Source: Elsinoe ampelina
Lineage: Eukaryota
DNA length: 64,000 nt
Direction of reading: 5' to 3'
Assembly: GCA_010093995.1 (NCBI GenBank)
Contig: ML992503.1
Span: 1,987,328 to 2,051,327 of the forward strand
The position numbers were made by a program, and so were the translations under genes. The notes below the pieces were generated by a model, which saw only the letters and a list, made by a program, of their open reading frames with translations, made no database searches and was not told where the DNA came from. This document shows, in pieces, positions 1-11,863 of this stretch (the first letter of the stretch is position 1; each line of letters starts with the position of its first letter).

Positions 1-1
1 C

Positions 2-133
2 CCGAGGAGCAGGCCGAATAGCTACATTGCTGCGGACCCGGATGATCTCGCCGCTGCAGGTGCCGAGCTGAGAGCAGCCGAGCAGCGGAGTCGGGCGCGG
101 GACACGAGAAGGACGGAAGGTTTGAATATGTAG
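2..133 (+). CDS. possible 3' end of a gene entering from the left edge (…PRSRPNSYIAADPDDLAAAGAELRAAEQRSRARDTRRTEGLNM*)
   Basis: Open frame from base 2 to TAG at 131-133, followed by AT-richer sequence convergent with the next gene. No family recognised. Confidence 0.3.
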   Translation, partial: PRSRPNSYIAADPDDLAAAGAELRAAEQRSRARDTRRTEGLNM

Positions 134-325
134 AAATGATAGACAGTGATGTCGGAGATACGAATGACACAAATCCAAAGAGAAACTCTGCCTCATCTTC
201 CAATACAGATATAGGCTATACGCTTTCAGATAAGAATCGTGAAAAAGCCGTGGTCGTAAATTCATGCTTTAGTACACAAGGCATTGCAACAAAGGGGAAC
301 ATCACACATGACCAGCCATCCAGCT

Positions 326-3300
326 TTACGAACCCCCACAACCCCCTCCTCCCCCACCACATCCCCCCGACCCACTCCCCCCACCACCACAGGCCCCCCC
401 TCCACTACTCCCACTCGCACAACTCCCCGCCCCCGCCGCTCCCACCGCCAACCCATACCCCACACTACACGTCCCCGCGACACAAGCCCCCGCCTCGCCC
501 ACCCCCGCCACATGCCCGGGATCCCTCGCATACGCACCCCCATCCCACCCTCTACACCTCAACTCCGCATCCTCGAACGGCGTCCAACTCGGCACCTGGA
601 CCACCACCCCGTACGCATCACTCCCGTACTCCTCCCCCTTGACGCCGACGAGACGGGAGCGGTCCCCTCTCGCTTCGAGACTCTCGTGCGCAGAACGGAG
701 GCGCCTCTTCGCTTTCGCGACCTTGTCGTCGTAGCGATCGTTCAGGGACGGAGGCGCCACGACGCCGTGGAAGCTCAGGTGGGGACCCCGGCCTGGTGCG
801 TGCGGGGCCAGGGAGGCGGTGGCTCTTGCGACGGCGTGGCGGGAGAGGAAAGTCCCGGCTAGTAAGTCGCGGGTGCAGGCGCAGTGCCAGCAGAGGCATT
901 CGGCGTAGGGCTCTTTGTAGCGGGATTGGTAGGCGGCGGAGGTGAGGATGAAGGCGTTGGAGAGGGAGAGTTCGGGGATTTTGTCGTCGTGGTCGACGAA
1001 GCGGCCGGTGGCGAGGAGGGAGTGGGAGAGGTAGCGGCGGGGGCGCAGTTGGTGGGTGTGCCATGCTAGGTCGATGTCGAGGGTGGGGACGCAGAGGGAG
1101 GTGGTGGTGCCGGAGAGGAGGGTGAAGAAGCGGGTGTACCGGAGGAGGGCGCGGGAGGTGATTTGGAGGAGGTGGGGTGCGGTGAGCCAGGAGAGGTCGT
1201 GCATCTTGGTGATGAAGGTGGACTGGCGGACGACGGCGCTTACGAGGTCGATGGAGAAGGGGGAGGAATTAGACCAGTACGAGCTCATCGTGCGGCGGAT
1301 GAAGAGTTTCTGGGCGGATGTGAGGGTGCGAGAGCGGGTTCGTGCATTGACTAGTCTCATGGTTTCTGCATTCTGTAGCTCAGCTTCGATACGGTCCCGT
1401 ACGTCTGCCATGGTGCGGAGGTTCTGAGCCGTTCGTGGGTCCCTCAGGTAGTCAGCCATGTGTTTAAGAAGAACGTTGGGAAATGCCATGTCCTTGGGAT
1501 TTACCAGGTCCGGAAAGGTCTTTGAGCCGAGTGTGATGGCAATGGGTATGCCTTGATTGCCCAGGAAGGTACCTGGCAAAGCGATATCTGATTCACGCAA
1601 TAAACGGAGATGTCGTAGGAACTTCCCGACGACCAGATTTTCGTGGTTCATAACAAAGCCGCAATAGATGCAGCACCTCGAGAAACCTTTATCAGCGTAG
1701 CCAGTGCCTGCGTCCGCCCAGTGCTCGAAGTTTGCTTTGAAGTATCTGGTTGGAGAGAATTTGGCATGTTGTCCATCTTCGTGCCAGGGTACGCCATTAC
1801 TCATTACGCACTTGGGACAGCTGACGATCTTCTCTGATTGCTCGGACTCGTTGTCCCAGCTTGTGCCACCGAGATGAGCATAGAAAGCCTGGGCGGCGCG
1901 CGTTGGACGATAATCAAATGTCTGGTCGTTGATTGCAGTGTTGATAGCCTCCCAAGGCATTTCGGTATGGTAGAGCCGCATCCGATTTTCCCGGATGCAA
2001 TCCTCGAGATAAGCACGAGGGTTGAGCATGTATGCATGCCAGACCATAAGCACGTCTGCGGCATGTCAATGAGAGTGAAGTTGAGTTTGGATAGGGTCAC
2101 TATCTTACCAATAGGCGGCAGATGGTCGACGGTGATGACAAGATGCTCGTCGCACTCGCTTAGATCAAGCATCCGTGTTATCCTGTCCTTTTTGTCGATG
2201 TCGAAATGCTGCATATATTTGGTCCTGGGCGCAATTGACTCTCTCCATCTTTCGAAGCGATCGACGGCTCGTGTGAGATAGACAGCCCAACGCCGCTCTG
2301 CAACAAGAGCATGGAGCTCGTTCCGTGATGTGCCGTCTTCGGGTACGGCAGCGTCGAACATGGAGTTCTTGATGCCGAAGAGTCCATCGTGATGGGCGAT
2401 CCTTTTGCGGAGCTGATAGAGGGACTCAAGGAACTTCAGATGGACGATACAATGACCACGAGTCAGATCCTCGTTGCTATTGAGGTTCAAGTTGGTGAAG
2501 GCGGTGTTGATGTCGGATGAGGGGACGTCTTTCCGGCCAGGGGCATAGTTGGGTGGTGAAAGCACTCGAGAACTACTAGACGATGGTGTTGGCTCCGCAT
2601 CTGGCGTACATTGCGGGTGCGTCAAATGGCGACGAGCAGACTCTGATGCATGTGGCACTTCTGCTAGCTGCTCATCTTCGGGGGTGTCGAATGAATAGGC
2701 TGGAACATCCTCATCATCTGGCCGAGATGGCCCTCCACTACCAGGGAGAACCCTCGAGTCGCTTGGTTGGTATGCTGGTGGATCCTGAGGATGATAGACG
2801 ATGGCTTGCGAAGCCCGATGATCCTCTATCTTCGTGGGGAAAATCCACTCTTTCTCCTCGACGAGATAGCTTGTGGAGACTGGAGGAGCTCGCTCAAGTG
2901 CTGGTATGGCATTTCGGAGGACAAGAGATGGCGCTTCCTGCAGGTCAAGCTTCGGAGTAGGATATGAGGCCTGCCCCCTCGAAGCTGAAGTGTGCAGAGC
3001 AGCTTGCGCCGCACTATCGGCTAGACTTCCAGAGAACGGACCAGATATCGACTGCCCACTTGAGACGGCCTTGCTCGACGAGTTGGTAGTATTTGAAATG
3101 CTCAACGGACGCAATGAGGATTCCCCAGGTGTGGTAGCAGGGGTAGAAAGCTCGGATGAGCGTTTACCGCTTGAGATTGAGGTTGCGCTACTGGCATCGG
3201 TACTTTGAGTGCGAGTGATTGTGGGTTGGACCGTCTCCTTGTTCTTGGAGCGAAAGAAAGACAGACGTTTGGACTTGGCCTTGTATTCAGCTTGACTCGG

Positions 3301-3363
3301 AATCGGACTTCTGTCACTGCTGGATCCTCCGGCTGAAGTCATTGATGGCTTCTGTAAGGGCAT
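326..3363 (-). CDS. DUF1399 / glycine-rich domain protein (GRDP-like) with Cys/Gly-rich C-terminal tail
   Basis: Exons 3363-2109 and 2055-326; GT-AG intron 2108-2056 joins LPPI|DVLMVWHAYMLNP. Motifs HLKFLE, WAVYLTRAVDRFERW, VPTLDIDLAWHTHQL, DHDD and a terminal CGGGG..CGG tail. Long Ser/Pro-rich N-terminus. Confidence 0.8.
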
Positions 3364-4197
3364 GGTGAAGCAACTGTGTTTGGTGAGTGAAGCAAAAAGC
3401 GACACAGCTGATGATAAGAGAAGAGGGCGACTTGATTGTATGCAGATGCAAGCGATGGAGGGAAGTGTGGCGGTTCGCCTTGCAGCAGCGGGGCAAGTGT
3501 CTATCTCCTTGATCGATCTAGTCAAGGCACACAGATATCAGGGACGTCGTGGAAGATGCAGGTAGAACGGTACGCCTGGTGGGGGCTGTGCCTGACTTCT
3601 GATCACCTTCCACTCGTCTGTCTGTAATAAGCCTCGAAAGGCATATTGAAGCGACGAATGTGAGGTGCCTTGCAACTCAAAATGGCGCCCGGCCTGGTGC
3701 GTCGAGGTTTGGGTACTGAGAGACACACGAAGCTTGTCACTCTCAGGCAGAGATCACGCTGGCACACAGGACGCCTGGACCTCTGAAACCGTGAGAGGAA
3801 GAGGGCAGGACCAGAGCGTTTTTAACCTTTTTGTGCCTTCTTTGCGTCTTCTAGCGTAACGTCAGTCAAGCCTTCGCCAATGCCGCCAATCACAAATCAC
3901 GCACATCACAGTCTGATCAGCAGGGTTCTATCCCATTGCCATTTCCCTACGGCTTCTGGCGCTCACAGCTTCCAAGATGTTCGCTACGTATTGTGAGAAA
4001 TCTTGAGTCACAGCACGCTTGAGACAGACTGAGCGGTGGACCTGAGAAAGCCGAGGGTAGCTGTACAGCATGATACCATCTATTGACCTCCTAGCATTAG
4101 AAGCATTACTGACGGTATAGCAAGAGATATGCCATTGTCGACTTCTGGTAGTTTGGGTGAAGTGTATCGCTCTGTCTGTACCGAGCGGGACAGCTCG

Positions 4198-5022
4198 TCA
4201 TCTTTGTGTGTACCCCCCGTCAACATGTAACGCTGTGCCAGTCACAAAAGAGCTCCGTCCGCCGCATAGATACACCACCCCATCTGCGATCTCCCGTGGC
4301 AATCCCATCCTGGCCATTGGTATTGTGCCATTTGCCAATCTCTCATCCATGGCCGCCTTCACTGCAGGATTGCTCATCGTCATTGGAGTGGCAGTGTAGC
4401 CCGGACAAATCGCGTTTATTCTCAAGCCTCGTGCAGAGTAGTCCTCGCTCGCTGTCCTGGTCAAGCCTATCACGGCATGTTTCGAAGCGGTATACGCCGT
4501 GGAGAGTGGTACGCCGACCACACCTTGTAGAGAAGAAAAATTGACAATACTGCCTCGCTGTAATGGACGACCGTCAATGCTGGACAGGATCGGTTCTTGC
4601 TCCAGCATGATTTTGGCTGCCGCGCGCAAAACGTAGAAAGTACCGTTGAGGTTTACGTCAATGATTCTTTGCCAGTCTACTGTCTTCGCAAATGCAGCGC
4701 CTCCTTCGTGCTTCATAGCAATACCAGCGGCGTTGACAACATAGTCGAGCCGACCAAATTGAGTTGCAGCCTCTTGAACCACGCGATTGACGTCTTCTTC
4801 GTTGGTGATGTCCAGGCTGAAGACAATGGTCCTACCAGCCTTCCTGCCGTTAAAAGTCTGAAGGCTTTCGACATGCTGTTGTACTTCATGGAGACTATCC
4901 AGATTGATGTCGAGAAGTGCGAGACCAGCACAGCCATCTCTGATGAAGGCCTCCGCACATGCTCTACCAATACCAGATGCCGCACCAGTGATCAGAGCAA
5001 TTCCAGAGACGTCCATTATCAT
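4198..5022 (-). CDS. classical short-chain dehydrogenase/reductase (SDR)
   Basis: Intronless 274 aa ORF with TGAASGIG, NAAG, catalytic YTASK, INAICPG and C-terminal FVTG..LHVDGG. Start is ATG 5022 or 5016. Confidence 0.93.
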   Translation of the reverse strand: MIMDVSGIALITGAASGIGRACAEAFIRDGCAGLALLDINLDSLHEVQQHVESLQTFNGRKAGRTIVFSLDITNEEDVNRVVQEAATQFGRLDYVVNAAGIAMKHEGGAAFAKTVDWQRIIDVNLNGTFYVLRAAAKIMLEQEPILSSIDGRPLQRGSIVNFSSLQGVVGVPLSTAYTASKHAVIGLTRTASEDYSARGLRINAICPGYTATPMTMSNPAVKAAMDERLANGTIPMARMGLPREIADGVVYLCGGRSSFVTGTALHVDGGYTQR

Positions 5023-5480
5023 TCAAGACAGATGTTCTGGGTGAGAATAAGCCTAGAGTCGAGGTGATAAGAAGCCTACCATCCTCCTTCTCCGATACCG
5101 CCGACATGGTGAGTGCATGCATGCACTCATCCAGAGTGGTACAGCATTGACATGTTGCCCTTGCTCGGAAGAAGGGAAGAAACCGATGAAAGTGTTATCT
5201 GATCAACAAGGCAAGTGTAAGCTCGATCGGGCCTAGCGTGTCTCAAAATGAGCGGAACGGCGACACGTCAAATCCACCTCGCCGACAAAGACACAACGAT
5301 CGGGCACTCATGCCATATCAGCAGTCTTCACTTCGGAGTGACATAGTTTCAGCACCGCGTGCATGCTAGACACCGGTGGTACGGAGTTCACACAGTAAGT
5401 TGACCGATTACTTTATCTTCAGACGTACCTTCTTGAGGAACATTGCACTTCAGCAGCCCACCCAGTCCCACATACACATC

Positions 5481-7136
5481 ATGGATTCTCCTCAACTTGA
5501 CGACAAATATGATTGTATTATCCTCGGAGCAGGTTTGTCTGGCATCTGCAGCCTCTACCACATCCGAAAGCAACTACCAAATTGGCGCATAAAAGTCATC
5601 GAGGCTGGTGACAGCGTCGGGGGTACATGGTACTGGAACCGCTACCCCGGAGCCAGATTCGATTCCGAGTCACTTTCGTATGGATATTCCTTCGACAAGG
5701 ACCTGCTTGAAGAATGGCATTGGAAGGAGGCCTTTTCACCTCAGCCCGAAACATTGCGATACATCCAGCGAGTGGCCGAGAAACACAATCTGAATGAACA
5801 CATTCAATTCAACACACGCATCGCCAGAGCACATTGGCAAGGCCAGACTCGGACATGGCTTCTTACAGACGAAGCAGGGAAGGAGCACCGATCAAAATTC
5901 CTCGTCAGCTGCATCGGCTTCCTTTCTACGCCAACGCTCCCAGCTTTGCCTGGCATCCATGACTTCGCAGGTGAATCTTTCCACACGTCACAGTGGCCGA
6001 AAGATTTCGATATGAAGCAATTCGCCGGAAAGCGCATCGGCGTCATTGGTACCGGGGCTACTGGTATCCAGACTATCACAGAAGTTGCAAAACATTCCGA
6101 GATCAAATCTTTGTCAGTCTTTCAGCGTACTGCCAACTGGTCCGCCCCCCTACGGAATACATATATCACCCATGAACAGATGGATCAGCACAGGAAGGAC
6201 TACGATAAGGTCTTCAAGCGCTGTGCCGAAACTACCATGTGTTTCATTCACCAAGCAGATCCTCGAAAGTCGTCCGAAGTGACCGACGAGGAACGTCTTG
6301 CACTTTGGGAGAAGATCTATTCGGAACCTGGCATGTCAAAATGGCTAGGCGCTTTCAAGGATACCTACACAGATCGTGAAGCCAACAGGCTGTACTCTGA
6401 TTTCATGGCTGACAAGATTCGTGCTCGAGTCAACGATCCCGCCATCGCCGAGAAACTCATTCCCAAGAACCATGGCTTTGGCACTCGGCGAGTACCCTTG
6501 GAGAGTGGTTACTTTGAGTCCTACAACAAGCCGAACGTTCATCTAGTCGACCTGCAAGAGACGCCCATTGAGAATATCACGGCCGGAGGCATCCGCACGA
6601 CGGATGGCAAAGATCACGAACTCGATGTCCTCATCTTTGCCACCGGCTTCGATGCCATCACAGGCGCTTTTCGTTCGATCGACTGGCAGGTCAAGGATGG
6701 CAGACCTCTCCTTGGCGAGGTAGAAGATCACGCTGTGTGGCCAAACCAGCGACCTCGTACTTTCCTCGGCATGACTGCTCCCTCTGTACCCAATATGTTC
6801 ATGGTACTAGGACCCCATCAACCATTCGGCAATGCCACGCGAACCATTGAACATGCGGTGGATGTCATTACCGACCTACTGTACTTCTGTAGTGAGAACG
6901 GCTACTCGTACGTTGAGCCTACAGAAGAAGCAGTACAGGCCTGGACAAACCATGTCGTTGAGTGTGCACAAGGAGCTCTGTCCAACGAGGTCGACTCATG
7001 GATGACGGGCGTGAACACAAATATCAAGGGCAAGACGGAGCGATCAGTGGCGAGATATGCTGGTAGTGCCATAGAGTACAGGAGGAGGTGCGCGGAATGC
7101 AAGGAGCAGGGATGGCAAGGTCTGATCTTGAGTTGA
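5481..7136 (+). CDS. type I Baeyer-Villiger monooxygenase (cyclohexanone/steroid monooxygenase-like flavoprotein)
   Basis: ATG 5481 (ACATC ATG). GAGLSG, GGTWYWNRYPGARFD, BVMO fingerprint FAGESFHTSQWP (FxGxxxHxxxWP), second Rossmann motif GTGATG and ATGF. Intronless. Confidence 0.93.
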   Translation: MDSPQLDDKYDCIILGAGLSGICSLYHIRKQLPNWRIKVIEAGDSVGGTWYWNRYPGARFDSESLSYGYSFDKDLLEEWHWKEAFSPQPETLRYIQRVAEKHNLNEHIQFNTRIARAHWQGQTRTWLLTDEAGKEHRSKFLVSCIGFLSTPTLPALPGIHDFAGESFHTSQWPKDFDMKQFAGKRIGVIGTGATGIQTITEVAKHSEIKSLSVFQRTANWSAPLRNTYITHEQMDQHRKDYDKVFKRCAETTMCFIHQADPRKSSEVTDEERLALWEKIYSEPGMSKWLGAFKDTYTDREANRLYSDFMADKIRARVNDPAIAEKLIPKNHGFGTRRVPLESGYFESYNKPNVHLVDLQETPIENITAGGIRTTDGKDHELDVLIFATGFDAITGAFRSIDWQVKDGRPLLGEVEDHAVWPNQRPRTFLGMTAPSVPNMFMVLGPHQPFGNATRTIEHAVDVITDLLYFCSENGYSYVEPTEEAVQAWTNHVVECAQGALSNEVDSWMTGVNTNIKGKTERSVARYAGSAIEYRRRCAECKEQGWQGLILS

Positions 7137-7356
7137 GATACATGCATGTTTTCCATAGGCTAAGGTTAATGTCGTATTTGAAGCACTGTATCAGCAATAT
7201 ATCAACCGTACACGAAGCCCAAAAAGTTTCAAAGTCAATGCAACATCGGCAGAAGGCAGTGGTACGTTCTTGAGAAGAAAAATGCTTCAGTATCTGTGCT
7301 ACTTGACGAGATGAACCAGATCCACCATTTTCACTGCTAGTTGACATAGCGACACT

Positions 7357-9051
7357 TCACGACCAGATCACGCTGATCTTGTGCAAGACCTTCCCAAGGA
7401 GGCCAGAAGATTGACTCTTCTGCCTCTCTTCCAGCTCTGCAAACATTTGAGCATCGTCTTCGACCTCTGCCAGACCACTGACGAGATCGACGGAGCCAGG
7501 AGCAATGACCCACGGATCATCTCTCGCGGCGATGAATCTGTGTCCAAGCCAAAGGATGATGAAGATCGGAATGCCGAGATAAGTCGTCAGAAATCCAGCC
7601 ACGGTGAAATTGCCTGGGTAGAAGACGGTGAAACCGTTCAGAAGCAGGAAGAATGCAAAGAGAAAGATGCAAACCCAGGCGGCGATGGGCTGGACACGAG
7701 ACCTGAAAGGCGAGACTACCCCTTGAGTCACGCAAGCCTTGCGGAACCGGACGAAGGTAATACAGCAAACTAACCACGACGTGAATCCAGCCGTGTTCGT
7801 CAAAGAGATGAAGTAGTTGAAGACTTGTCCAGCTTGAGTCCCCACACTGAGGTATGCGAGGCCGCCGAATAAGCTGCTCGCTCCAACTGCGTAAATTGGG
7901 AGGCCGTAGCGAGTACATCTGGTGAAAATTCTGGGTGCATGCCCGGAGATGGCCAGCGAGTACAGGGACCGGCTCGACATGTACAGAAAAGCATTGCCGG
8001 CGGACCAAGCGCTGACGAGAATGCCTGCATTGATGATTGAGGGTAGGACTGGAATGCTGGCATTCTTGATTGCGATTACCCATGGCGAAGCGTTCGCATT
8101 GCCTGCACCGGTAGTCAATCCTTCCGCATCTGAATTGCAGATCACACCGATGGCAAGAGCTCCGAGTACGTAGAATACAATCAGGCGATAGAAGAATCTA
8201 CGTGCTGCAGTCGGCAGATTTTTCCTCGGATTTCGCATCTCGCCCGCGGTATAGATGATCAATTCGGGTCCGAAATAGAATGAGAAGCCGGAGAAGATCC
8301 AGACGTACAGGAACGCGGTGAATCTACCACCATCACCAGGGACAAGATATGCTTTGACCGCGCCAGGATTGTTCCAGTATCGAAAACCAAGCCGATCCCC
8401 CGTAGGTCCGCCGCCGAGCATGAGAATGAGTGACAACAGCAACAGACCAATTATCATGGCTACCTTGACGCCTGCGAACCAAAACTCAGTCTCAGCATAG
8501 ATGCCGACGGGGCAGAAGTTGAGCCCGACAATGACGATCAACATCAGCGTGATCCACACTGCAGGGTGAATGCTATTCGGCCAATAGTTGATGACGATAT
8601 TGGCCGCGGTAATCTCGTATGCCACCAGGATACCGAAAGAGTAGAAGTATAGCCACCCAAGCGCGAATCCGAGCGAGCGCGAGACGAAGCGGCTGCAGAA
8701 GTAGGCAGTCGACGATCCCTGCACTGGTAGGTAGGTTCCAACTTCTGCGACGGCCGTGACCACACCGTAGACGAGGAAGGAAGTTAGGCAATAGGCGATC
8801 AGCAGGAATGCTGGTCCTCCTATTGCCAGAGCTTGTCCAGATCCCACAAAAAGTCCAGTCCCGATGGTGCCGCCAATGGCTATCATTTGTGCGTGACGCG
8901 ATTTGATGTTCCGTTTGGTACCATGGAGGCCATGAACGTCCAAAATTTCCCCTTGACGACGACTACCGAGACGTGATAAGTCATCATTGGTAGTTTTCAT
9001 GCCGGTCTTTTCGCCAGTATGGCCGTCAGCGGATGAGTCGAGCGCGGTCAT
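7357..9051 (-). CDS. amino-acid permease (APC/YAT family; proline permease Put4/PrnB-like)
   Basis: 564 aa intronless ORF with RHAQMIAIGGTIGTGLF, ETEFWFA, GFRYWNNPG and AGEMRNPRKNLP. About 12 hydrophobic segments. Confidence 0.92.
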   Translation of the reverse strand: MTALDSSADGHTGEKTGMKTTNDDLSRLGSRRQGEILDVHGLHGTKRNIKSRHAQMIAIGGTIGTGLFVGSGQALAIGGPAFLLIAYCLTSFLVYGVVTAVAEVGTYLPVQGSSTAYFCSRFVSRSLGFALGWLYFYSFGILVAYEITAANIVINYWPNSIHPAVWITLMLIVIVGLNFCPVGIYAETEFWFAGVKVAMIIGLLLLSLILMLGGGPTGDRLGFRYWNNPGAVKAYLVPGDGGRFTAFLYVWIFSGFSFYFGPELIIYTAGEMRNPRKNLPTAARRFFYRLIVFYVLGALAIGVICNSDAEGLTTGAGNANASPWVIAIKNASIPVLPSIINAGILVSAWSAGNAFLYMSSRSLYSLAISGHAPRIFTRCTRYGLPIYAVGASSLFGGLAYLSVGTQAGQVFNYFISLTNTAGFTSWLVCCITFVRFRKACVTQGVVSPFRSRVQPIAAWVCIFLFAFFLLLNGFTVFYPGNFTVAGFLTTYLGIPIFIILWLGHRFIAARDDPWVIAPGSVDLVSGLAEVEDDAQMFAELEERQKSQSSGLLGKVLHKISVIWS

Positions 9052-9520
9052 TATGGAAGCCTAGTAGGAGAATGACTGGGGTAAGGAGAGGAGAGATGGA
9101 GCTCGAAACTAGGACTGAAACGTCCATGACTTATACCTGCTTTGCCTTGGGAAGGATCGCACTCCCCAGTTCCCGTGGCGAGACGGTGCCCAGCCAGGGC
9201 ACCGGCGGGGTCTCTATCTTGGACGCGACAACGCGTCTGGCTATCTCGAGCAAACGAGTCGATTCAAGATGAAAGTTTCCGAACATGGCTGTTATCTTCA
9301 AATCAACGGATACGGCTGCTAGAGGGGAAGTAGATAGCATGGCGTGAAGTGAGAAGTCGACGCCACCAGAATTTGTCCAAACGAAAGCGGAAAGTCACGC
9401 CGAGGTCGTCGTCCGCGTCAACGTCAACCAGCGCTTCCCTTTCCTATTTCACCACCCCTATCTCTCGTTGACCTGCCAGAGACATTCACCACTCGGAATG
9501 AATGCCACATTGTCGCCGGC

Positions 9521-11611
9521 ATGATGTCCGCTCGGAAGAGCAGCGCAAGTCGAACCCGATCCTTTACCGGATGTGTCACTGTTCGGTCCACCTCCCACCT
9601 CTCGTGTTCCGCAAACTGATTAGGACAGTGCCGGAACCGCCACATCAAGTGCGACGAAAAGCGCCCAGAGTGTCGCAACTGTGGGAAAAGCGGCCTAGAG
9701 TGTGAGGGGTACGGTAGTGCCCTGCACTTCATCAATCACGATGGCTCAGGGACTGGAGCTTTTCGTGTTCGGCGCCACTTGCTGTCCGAATCTGCAAGGA
9801 AGCGGATGAGTGAAAGCATCGTGACAGCGATAAACTTCAGGGATGCGACTTCGTGCCTACAACAGATTGATCAGTGCTGCGATGCTGCTGCTCGAGAAAC
9901 GGCCTTCTCTGTCCAACATGGCCCATTCGGGGCATTCGCACCCGTTTTGGACTCTACCTCCACATCGCCTCCTGCGGACGAGCTTGCCGAAGAGACTTCA
10001 GACCTCGCGAATCCCCTCATCCCGGATTTCGCGGCAGACCTTTCCATGTCGCCGTGGAGTCCAGGTAGATTTGCAGCGTTCATTGATCAATTTGGCCAGG
10101 ATGCCGAGCTTCCCTCATTCAGCCACATCTCTCCATTTCAAGGAGCAAGTCGCATCGAAGAGATCGATGAGACACATGATGGCGGCGCGGCGGCAGAGTC
10201 GACAGCTCTGGACTACCCGGTAGGAGTAATCGATATGGCATGGTCAGACTATCAGCAATCACCACTTACTCCTTCTCTCTCGATATGCACTTCACTTGCT
10301 TCGGTACCGGAGAACTCTGTGTATCTACTCAAGCACTACACAACCACTGTCATCGCTCTTCTGACCCCTTTCAAGCATGCCAAGACGCCATGGCATGTGG
10401 TGTTCCTACCACACGTTAAGCAATCTCTTGCCAGCCTTACGTTACAGGAGGCTCTAGATCATGCATCGATGACTGTCTTCTATGGAACTCTAGCAATCAG
10501 TGCCTTCAGCCTAGGTGGAACCTACCAGTCCTGTGACTGGACGGAAAAAGGAAGAATGTTTCGGCGCCGTGCCCAAGAACATGCGTCTCTGATGCTTACA
10601 ACAAGTTTTGTTATTCCAAAGACAAGCAAATACAAGACCATCCTGATGGCTCTCCTCACAATGGTTCGACTCAGCGTCGTCTGTGGCGATCAAAGTCAAG
10701 CCGATGCATATTTACTGGAGTCGGAAAAGCTGATACGGCTGAAAGGACTTCCTCTGATAGTCAAATCTCGGAAGAGAAGACTTCTACACCATGTCTACGC
10801 ATTTGAGCGCTTCCTTCACGAAAGTACGTACATGCCTGGTAATTTTGTCGACCGTCGGCTCCATGTACACACCTCGGTCACTGCAAGCGAGCCCGTACAA
10901 GGTCAAGACAGCGGTATCTTCAGATTGCCTCCATTGTCTGATCTCGATCAAGAGATGATGCGGATCAAGTCTGTAGAAGAGGGAGAAAATGATTTGCACC
11001 TGGAACGGCCTGGTGTTTGGACCGCCTCGCTATATGCAGAAATCTTTGGCACCAATGAGGAATGGTTTCTCCTCTTGTCATTAGTGATCAGGCTCGGTAA
11101 TGAGAAGGATGAAGCAGGTAGTGGCGACCTACCAGCGCTCAAAGCTTTCTTGGACCGAGCGAAGAGCGTCGAAAGGTGCATCAATCAACTACAAAAGACC
11201 ATTTCGCCAGTCCCCAACGATTCATTCTCAGGTCTTTTACTAGCCATGGCACAGGGCTTATCCATTTACTTCTACCGGAGGATCTATGATGTTGACACAC
11301 AGTTGTTACAACCCCTTGTGATGCGAATCAGGGAGTATTTGAACAGGCGCAGATTGAGCGACGAGGGTTTGAGTGGATCTCTGGCCCTCACCTGGACATC
11401 CTTCATCGCAGGTTGCGAAGCTGAAGACCCGAATGTACGAGATGACTTCAAAGCTTGGTTTCAGCATGTCGGGCGTTCAAGCGGACTATCCTCCTTTGAC
11501 AATGCGTTGAGCACGATCGAGAAGGTCTGGGCGGAGAAAGAGACATCGCTTGGCAAGAACAAATCATGGCTGGATCTTATCAAGGACAAGCAGCTGCAGT
11601 GGCAAGTGTGA
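9521..11611 (+). CDS. Zn(II)2Cys6 transcription factor with fungal-specific TF domain (Arg81/ArcA-like type)
   Basis: The ORF track misses the DNA-binding domain. Exon 9521-9580 (MMSARKSSASRTRSFTGCVT), intron 9581-9628 (GT..ACTGAT..CAG) and exon 9629-11611 give [28 protein letters not shown], in frame with the 9779 ORF (LLKHY, TPWH, WTSFIAGCEA). Confidence 0.9.
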
Positions 11612-11863
11612 GACTTGATGCTGCGATAACTGGGACAACGCGTCTAGAATCAAAGCTTCATCCGGTCGCCTGCGGCACATATCAATTCCCTGCCAATTTT
11701 CGGGGAAGCTTTCCTTTTTGGTCAAACGCACGGCATTCCGAGAAGTACCTACTCGGAGTCCAAACTACCACAACCCGTTATCTTCAGATCTTTGGAATAC
11801 TATCTAGGACCTGATCACTGCCTCTTATCTTGGAACACCCTTCTGGATTAAGCTCTCTCTGTA

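Noticed and set aside
136..862. Pro/His/Thr-rich + strand ORFs (136-642, 284-862)
   Set aside because: Antisense shadows of the G-rich 3' end of the GRDP gene; C-rich DNA simply lacks stop codons.
9779..11611. Transcription factor lacking a DNA-binding domain, as the ORF track suggests
   Set aside because: A complete Zn2Cys6 motif is recovered from exon 9521-9580 plus the in-frame sequence from 9629.
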